The notes under the pieces were generated by a model, which worked only from the letters and a program-made list of their open reading frames with translations, searched no databases and was not told the origin of the DNA. Position numbers and translations under genes: made by a program. A DNA stretch of 64,000 bases, from the NCBI GenBank assembly GCA_951406725.2, contig OX597816.1, positions 85,498,001-85,562,000 on the forward strand, given 5' to 3'. Below, one piece after another: positions 55,719 through 64,000 of the stretch; within the stretch, counting starts at the first letter, position 1, and every line of letters starts with the position of its first letter. The stretch is from Octopus vulgaris. Lineage: Eukaryota.

Positions 55719-57978
55719 CACTGGTCAACAGCCAATTTTCATTAGGGATATTATGTGGTGTTTTGTATGTAGTTTATTCCGCAAATTTCATAAATGTATT
55801 CGGTTCTCTTCTATCAGGTACAGTTTATCTGATGAATTAAGAGAGGTATATAACTCCCATCAGAAGTATCGTTACACGTAAACGCCTTATACAGGTAAAT
55901 TCTGGCTTCTGTTTTATAACTATTTGTATTCATTTTTTAATTTTATGTCTTCATAATCTTTTCTTTTCATAAATTTTACTGTCTGTTTGCCGAGTCATCA
56001 TCATCATCAAATTCTACTCAGGATGATGTCAGGTCATTGCAAAAACAATTCTGATACATTTTGTCATGTCTGTGATTCATTTACCACCAAAGCTCAGGAA
56101 CGTGCCACCAGAAGTGAAATCAAGATCGACCAGTTATACTTTGGCTGCTCTCTCGAGGATTGAGTTAAGAGTTGGGCCCCACACATCATCTGGTCAGCTT
56201 GTTCAAACGGACTAAGTGATTGGCTAAATAGGAGGAAGAGAGTAATGCCGTTTGCAATGCCTATGATATGGAGAGAGCCACAGGATCATTTCATGGACTG
56301 TTATTTCTACAACGCTAATGTATGTGGGTTTACTGTAAAGACCAAGCATAAGATTATTATCCCAAACTGGAATCAGCAAGAAGACCATTACCACACAACG
56401 ATGATGATCCTATTCCAATACCACCAGAAAATGGCCTTCAGATGTCTGACGAACATGTATTTCTTGAAGAAAATACTACTGCTGCGGAAGACACCGATGT
56501 GGATGCAGATTTCACGATTGAAAATGAAGACGTACCACAGAAATTTTCTCAAGGAGAGTGAAATGATTTAGTTAGAGACTTGTGATTGTCGAAGGATAAA
56601 GCTGAACTATTAGCATCTCGCCTATAAGAAAAGTGTCTGCTTAAGAAAGAAATTTGTATTACTCATTTCAGGAAGAGTATCTGACTTCATGCTTCTCTGT
56701 TGATGGGCCACTTTGTTTCAGTAATAAAACTGATGAGTTATTTCGCCCTTTGTCCAAGAGCATGTTCCAGCTGAATGGCGCTTATACATTGACTCATCTA
56801 AGAGAAGCCTCAAGGCAGTACTACTACGTAACAGCAATAAGAAACCATCTATTCCCATAGGGCATTCAGTGCACATGAAAGAGAGTTATGAAAACATGCA
56901 AATACTCCTCAATGCCATAAAGTATACAAATTACAGCTAGAAAATATATGGAGACTTGTAGGTGATTGGAATGTTGATGGGAATGCAATCTGGGTTCAGG
57001 AAATATTGTTGCTTTTTATGCCTATGGGACTGCCGTGCAACTAAGAAGCACCATGTGCAATCAGCGCGGTGTTTGCGAAAATCATATGAGCCGGGGGTTT
57101 CTAGCGTCCAGAGCAAACCACTTTTAAACACAGAAAATGTTCTTCTTCCCTCTTTTCACATAAAGCTTGGCCTCATGAAACAATTCGTGAAGACATTTGT
57201 CAGGAAAAGCTCAAAAGGTTTTGAATATGTGATGGCAAAATTTCCCAAAATCCCCGAGGCAAAACCGAAGGAGGGCGTATTCATAGGTCCGCAGATAAAA
57301 GAACTCCTGAGCGACAACCACTTCCTCACAGCACTGGATGAGATTGAACTTATAAAGCCTGGGAATCCTTCAGATGGCTCTGCGAATATTTGCTAGGCAT
57401 CAATAGATCTCTAGAGTTTAGAAATGGAATGAAATGTCTTCTGGACTCCTTTTACGCTGCAATGGACTGTCGGATGTCACTAATAGTACATTTCCTTGAT
57501 TCACATCTGGACTTTTTTGCAGAGAAACTTGGAGCAGTGTCTGATGAACAAGGGGAATGCTTTCATCAAGATATTGCATTGATGGAACAAAGATATCAAG
57601 GATTTTGGAATGCAGGAATGTTAGCTGACTACTGTTGGGTGTTATACAGGGATGAACCTGAGACAAAACACCATAGAAAGTCCAGATCCTAAAGATTTTA
57701 AGTTGTTATGCATTTGCGTGTATTCTAACTTATTTGTACACAATAAGTTTAATTTTGTGCAGTACGGAGCCATGAAATTATCGTATCTTTTATTCAATAT
57801 ACTTTATATAGACATGCTTTACGTATCCTATAAGTTAAAACAGCAGGTATCATTAATATGAAAGTGTTACCTGATAGAGGAAATCGGACTTCAGTTTCGT
57901 AATCAGCATCAAAAATTAATCCAGAAAAGTCAATCAGCAACTCTGATGATTAAAAAAGTTTCATTTTGTTGACCAGTG
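55719..57978 (+). mobile_element. Full-length Chapaev3 (CMC superfamily) DNA transposon
   Basis: TIRs CACTGGTCAACA (55719-55730) and TGTTGACCAGTG (57967-57978); TSD TTA at 55716-55718 and 57979-57981; subterminal 11-bp inverted TCTATCAGGTA (55810-55820 and 57868-57878). Confidence 0.9.
56023..57692 (+). pseudogene. Chapaev3 transposase (frameshifts and stops)
   Basis: CKNNSDTFCHVC...SWAPHI...MPFAMPMIWREPQDH..DCYF; GMQSGFRKYCCFLCLWD; FHIKLGLMKQFVK; KEGVFIGPQI; MSLIVHFLDSHLDFF...GAVSDEQGECFHQDI..ME.RYQG.W...MLADYCW. Confidence 0.88.
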
Positions 57979-58089
57979 TTACGAATAGACTATGAGGACC
58001 AAGAGTAAACGAGGGAACAAATAATATAAGAAAGATATTATAATTGTAATTACCATCCAGAAATATAACAGTATATATATATATTCAAT

Positions 58090-59645
58090 TTGCAAAATTC
58101 TTGATATGAATACGTGTGTCGATACAAATATTGCTGTATTTGGGGATGGTCATATTGCCACTTTAGCCAATAAAAACATAGAGACTACCAGTACTAGATA
58201 GAGAACTCTGGCTGGAAACAATAAATAATAAAAACCAAATCCTCCGTTCACACTATGTCAAACATATGGCCCCCATATACCTGATCTACCGGAACTCAGC
58301 TATCGTGGACAATGCCAAATTCAATATATTGATGGCAGACCTCATCAGAGTAATGAGAATGTGTCCCGGATGTTCAACCCTACAGTGTTAAAAAGACACA
58401 TACAACACTTCATTCACTGCATGCAGTTCTCAGGATACAGTCATAGAGAAAATATCAGGGTATACAAAGGAACCATGAGGAAATTTGAAACAATCATACG
58501 TAACGATAGGAATGGGATTTGCGCACTCTATAGGCGTAAGTCATGGAACACAATTGAAAGAAGTAAGAAGAAATTAAGGAAGGCCAACTTATAGTACGAT
58601 AGCCACAAATAACAGAGTGTCATGTTTGTCGACACCACCCCTAGAGGCGAACTGACGTGCTGCTTTAGAGGAGACCTAAACAAAGTTCAGCTACGAATTA
58701 TGGTTCTAGAAAGGCCAGGCAACCCTATCAAATCCCTAATCGGTTGACCCTACCCTTTTAGTAGACCCTCTGTACTGATAGGAACTGTAATGTATGTAGA
58801 TTTAGCCCACAAACGAACTATAAATAAGGAATGTAGTCAATAGTTTAAGATGTACAGAAGGACAATGCTGTAACTAGACAATAGCATACGCAGGGGAGAC
58901 ATCACGGAGCGTAAGAGAGCAGATAAATGAACTTTGGAGGGAACTTAAGGAAAAGAAGAACTCATCGCTTCTGTACCAGCAATCCGAGCAGGAGCATGGG
59001 GTCTCACTCAATAACATAGAAATTAAAATATTGTCCATACATAGAGCAGACGCAACGCTTATACAAATTACGGAAGCTACACATATAATAGAAGATAAAC
59101 CTACCCTGAGTAGGAAACAAGAATAGAACACTAGCACACACCTCCAACACAACACAACCTATGACAGAATAAGCTCCCCATAAACTGATACCAATATGAA
59201 TATGATATGATACACAGATAAATAAATGGAATTAAATAAATTAAATTAAATTAAATACAAAAATATGGAAAGAAAAGAAAACGTAAGTAAATATAAACAA
59301 ATGATTAAAATAAATAAAAGTAAATTAAATGAACGTTTATAAACAGGAGATACTGATAATGCAAGCATATTCCCCCTATACACACACAGGGATATGCGCA
59401 TGAGCAAATAAAGACAAATACAATAGGAATACAAAATGGCAGATCATTAGAAAGGAGAGACACGCAAAAAAGATAGAAGAAAGCAAAGGACCACTGATGA
59501 GGTCACAGAAGTGCGACGAAAGAACTCTGGCCGAAATACAATATAAAATAAAGCTGAAGCAAGTGAACACCAAATATATAGTGCGTGTGTTTTTATTGGC
59601 TGAACTGGCAAATGACCATCCCCCAAAACAACCATATATATACAG
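58090..59645 (+). mobile_element. 5'-truncated Penelope-like element: inverted partial pLTR, RT thumb, GIY-YIG endonuclease, 3' pLTR
   Basis: RLPVLD.ELW (58182), NILMADLIRVMR, MQFSGYS, SVMFVDTTPRGEL and GIY-YIG YAGETSRSVRE...SLLYQ...QITEA.HI. 58128-58178 is the inverse of 59588-59638. Confidence 0.85.
59488..59532 (+). ncRNA. Minimal type I hammerhead ribozyme (PLE-associated)
   Basis: GGACCA-CTGATGA-G-GTCACA-GAAG-TGCGAC-GAAA-G-AA-C-TC-TGGCC: intact core, stem II 5/6 pairs, 2-bp stem III, stem I CCA/TGG. Predicted cut after 59527. Confidence 0.65.
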
Positions 59646-59817
59646 CTGTCTGTATACATACATACAAACATACATACATATATCTATCTATCTAGCTAGC
59701 TAGCTATATATATGCTCTGATGCTGTAATTTGTAGCTTGTATGAGAGAAATGTGTATGAATATGTCAATAAAGGTTATGAAACACAAAAGATATACTCCA
59801 AAAGATATACTATAATA

Positions 59818-60050
59818 AGGCGGTGAGCTAGTAGAAACGTTAGCACACCGGGCGAAATGCTTAGCGGTATTGCGTCTGTCGTTGCGTTCTGAGTTCAAAT
59901 TACGCCGAGGTCGACTTTGCCTTTCATCCTTTCGGGGTCGATAAATTAAGTACCAGTTACGCACTGGGGTCGATATAATCGACTTAATCCGTTTGTCTGT
60001 CCTTGTTTGTCCCCTCTATGTTTAGCCCCTTGTGGGCAATAAAGAAACAG
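59818..60050 (+). mobile_element. SINE family B, full length
   Basis: Aligns end to end with 17649-17880. Confidence 0.9.
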
Positions 60051-60593
60051 ATATATTCCAGATCTTAAAACATCCTGTAGACATTTTAAAAAAGTATTTT
60101 CAGCGAAGTTTCTATTAGATATTTTCTAATTTATTACAAATTTTCAGCGAGTCTTAATCTGAGGCCTGTCTGACAATGTAGTTTTTAATTTGGCGCAAAC
60201 TACAGCTATCTCATTAAGTTTTCTGTCTGCAAGTAGTTCTTCATATTTTATTCATATATCTTTTGAGCAATTTCCTTTTGTCGTCTTATATATGTTTCCT
60301 TTTAACTTTTTTTCCTTGGAAACCGTCTTAAAACATTTTCTCTTCTAATTGAGTAGAGAGTATTTTAAGAACCAATCAACATGCTAATGCATTGTTGTAA
60401 GATACGATTAGCATTTATCGAGTCTCGAGAAACGGACATCAGAATTCTTTCCAAGTTTTTGCCTGTAAATAAATATTGTTATTTTATTATTTCAATATTG
60501 TAAGGAAGTTGTAAGGCTGGCTTTGTTTTCTGCCTGCTGTCATGAATATATTGGGGGTAGTGAATGATGTGCTTGCTGTACGTGAATACATAT

Positions 60594-60748
<155 letters not shown>

Positions 60749-60938
60749 TGGTTTCGTGTTTATATTTTCGTTTCTCAATGTGTTCTACGTTTTTTGGTGT
60801 CCTGTACCCATATATTCATGTATATATACATGTAGAAGTAGGTACGTACATATATGTATGTATATATGCATATATTTTATTTATTTATTAATTTATTATA
60901 TGACGTAACGCACGCATCCATTTCTAAGTAAGATTGTT

Positions 60939-61017
<79 letters not shown>

Positions 61018-61225
61018 ATATATATATTTAGAAGAGAGACAAAATGACATTGTACTAAAAACAACGCATCGGTTTGCAGAAGAATATTAATGTAAAATAG
61101 GGATGAAGAGTAGAATATATGGATAGATTTGCGTGTAATTATGGTTTAGTTATACGTTAATATTTGCGGCACAGAATCTGCCGCACTCGACAAACAGCTC
61201 CAGGCGTGCAGCGACTGCACTCATT

Positions 61226-61377
61226 TAGGTGCAGACTTGGCCCTGTGGTAAGAAGATTGCTTCCCAGACACATGGTTCCTAATTCAGATTCAGTCTCACT
61301 ACATGATGCCTTTCGGGATGACCAAACGCTTGAATGTATTTGGTGGACGGAAACTGATAGAAGGCTGCCGTATATAC

Positions 61378-61415
<38 letters not shown>

Positions 61416-61575
61416 CTGTTCCTCTGAATGCGTACTTGTGTTTGTGCTTGTGTGTGTGTCCTCATCTTCTATTGACAATCGGTTTTGCGTCGTTTACGTA
61501 CCCGTTACTCAATGATTCGCCAAAAGAGACGGATAGAAAATAAAATATTAGGCTTAAAAATTAAGTCCTGGCATT
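61226..61575 (+). mobile_element. SINE family A, old copy
   Basis: TGTGGTAAGAAG..CACATGGTTCC..GACGGAAACTGA..TTGACAATCG..GTTTACGT..AAAAGAGAC.GATAG..AAGTCCTGG. Confidence 0.7.
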
Positions 61576-62265
61576 GTAATGTATTTGATATTTTCTGTAA
61601 AGATATGCATATTTGTTTAGTCAGCTCTTCTTTACTCCACCGGAAATTTAGCGAATGTTACTAAAATACCTTAAGGAAGGCTTTCTACAATGATCAGTTT
61701 CTAATGGCATAAGGTAGTATATGTTGTACCTTCTTTCTTCATTTTCGCAAATCGAACGACCGTTTAAGGCTCATCATCTGGAAACTTACTATCTGTTGCG
61801 AACGTATGCAGTTAAATAAATCGACATCAGTACTAGAATGGTACTTGTATTACATTACTTGAGAATCGATTTTTAGCTGTGGCCAGATTTGAACACAAAT
61901 CATAGCAAAAGTTATTTAGTTGAGTTCCTTACAATTTTTGTCATCCATCGAACTTCGTTAATAAACATAATTTGTGGTATTTGAGAAAATGTTGACAATC
62001 AAATAAATCTACTGCAATACTACAATTCAACATATTTCAAGGAACTTTGACAGATAAAAAGTAAATTAAACTTGACAGGACTTGAACTCAGACTGAAAAA
62101 TGACGCATGAATGAAGCGGAACATACTTTATTTAGCTCTCAAACGAATTCATCGCTTAACACTTTTCTCTTCACCTCTGATAATGGAAATAGTTTTCAAA
62201 TATTTGATAGGTTCCTCTATCCCCATCTCTCCCTTTATCTCTCTTTCCTTATAAATACGCACATA

Positions 62266-62329
<64 letters not shown>

Positions 62330-64000
62330 TTTACACAAACACACACACATATATAATGCATGTATGTTTACAATGCATATATGCATGTATACATACGTAC
62401 ATAGCATAAATTACATTATTATAGTTCCCGAGCCGCTGATAGACGAGCTAGCGTCAAAATATTTTTTATGGCAAACCTACAAGAATTTACTACCGATTCT
62501 TATTTATTAAAGGATTATCGAAAAAGCATTCGATGAAAGTTACCCTTTAATGATAATACGTTTACTCGAAAGAATGACTTATCTACGGTTTGATCTTTAG
62601 CTGCAGTGAACAAGTTAACATTAACGTTGACGAGAGAAGGTGCAATAATGTTATTGCATTATGGATTATGAATCAGTGGTGGTCGGGGTGAACGTGTGCT
62701 TAGTAAATGGATGGTGGTAGGGAGATATATATGAACTTCCATCACAGGGGAATGATTCATTTCAATTTTTTGTTTCCTTTATAGTAAGAAATATGTTGTT
62801 ATAGCTGGCTTATCAACACATCCTTGATGAAGCATATGCGATCGATTAATTCTTACATCCTTATACCTCGAAACATTTCCTTTTCTGTTTTGTCTCTTTC
62901 ACTCTTTCTGTCTCTTTATCCCTCTCTCGGCTTCCTGTCATCGACTTATTTGATCAAAGGGAATATTAACATAAATCTCTCGCCGGACAAGACGAGTGAG
63001 GCTAATAGCTGTAAATTCTACGGAGTATGAAGAAACTACCTATTTATTTAGCCTACCAAACGGCTCAACGATATTTCAATGTGTTATGCTTGATATGACA
63101 TTAGTAGGCTCCTCGTTTACTATCTACAGGTCATTTACAGAAATGTAAGAGCTAAATGTCCACCAAAATAGAACTTATCTCTTCTTCAGCACGCGTTCTT
63201 TAATCGTTCGGAATGATATACGGTTGAGGTAATTTTAATTCTTTTATCATCACCCTGCAAAGATATATTTTCTTTCTGTGTTAGAAAAAGGGTTTGTAGT
63301 TGAGAGATCTGCAAGGGGAGTGATTGCTGAAACCATTCTTGTAGTGCATAACTGTTACTTTAGTTGGGGGTTGCTAATTTATTTTCTTTTTACTATGATT
63401 TTTTTTTATGTTTTGCGTTGCGTACTAAGTACGGGTGGAAGAAAAGCCAACATCAGCATATCAACAGGATACAGAAAATCAACAAGATTTTGTAGCTAAT
63501 ACATCAAATAGCAACACCAAATCTATCAACTAAAGCATACAAACACATACACACGCACACATACACATGCACACGCACACACACACACACAATATAGTAA
63601 ACAAACATACATAAATGTAAAGCAAACTATAGAATACAAAATATTAATTATAATCTCTTCAGATATTTCGAATTAAGTTTTAATCACTGTATTTTTAATA
63701 GCTTCGCATCCAAACCAAAATAAAATATATGTCACTTTTCTTGTTAAATCTACATGAATAAATCAGTGATGAGAAACAAACTGCAAAAAAAAAATACAGA
63801 TATAGAATATACTCATATATAAATATGAAACTTTTAATCTTCTCATTTACGTAGGAAAAAAACACAAAAAAAAACAAATGGATGTAGGAAAGTATCACGG
63901 ATTAAAAAAATAAGCAATTTTTATAGCGATGATAGACAGTTTTCATTTGTGTTTTATAAAAATAAAGTAAACTCTGAAAACAAAAATCATAGATACAAAC

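Noticed and set aside
61344-61365. miR-184-like sequence TGGACGGAAACTGATAGAAGGC
   Set aside because: Lies inside a family A SINE (other copies read AGAC.GAAACTG.AAGAAGCC), has indels relative to the miRNA, and no precursor hairpin is evident.
62436-62460. Hammerhead-like CTGATA-GACG-AGCTAG-CGTC-AAAA
   Set aside because: Both conserved boxes are mutated and there is no supporting stem I or element context.

Overview
Eukaryotic, AT-rich, microsatellite-dense non-coding DNA (intergenic or a very large intron). The SINE families and repeat landscape point to an octopod cephalopod (Octopus-like); this is an inference from memory, not a database match. No intact host gene, rRNA, tRNA gene or CRISPR array is visible, and almost all ORFs in the track are (TA)n/(CA)n/(ATC)n artefacts. 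The window holds many decayed mobile elements: two Tx1/L1-like LINEs, two Penelope-like elements (one with an inverted partial pLTR and a minimal hammerhead ribozyme), RTE, CR1-like and Hero-like LINE fragments, a Gypsy pol fragment, a Tc1 transposase remnant, a complete Chapaev3 DNA transposon with TIRs and a TTA target duplication, and about four tRNA-derived SINE families. There are also several long foldback inverted repeats and a homogeneous 9 x 56-bp tandem array in which each unit resembles a 12-bp-spacer V(D)J recombination signal. Element boundaries were read by eye and are approximate unless TIRs or TSDs are given.
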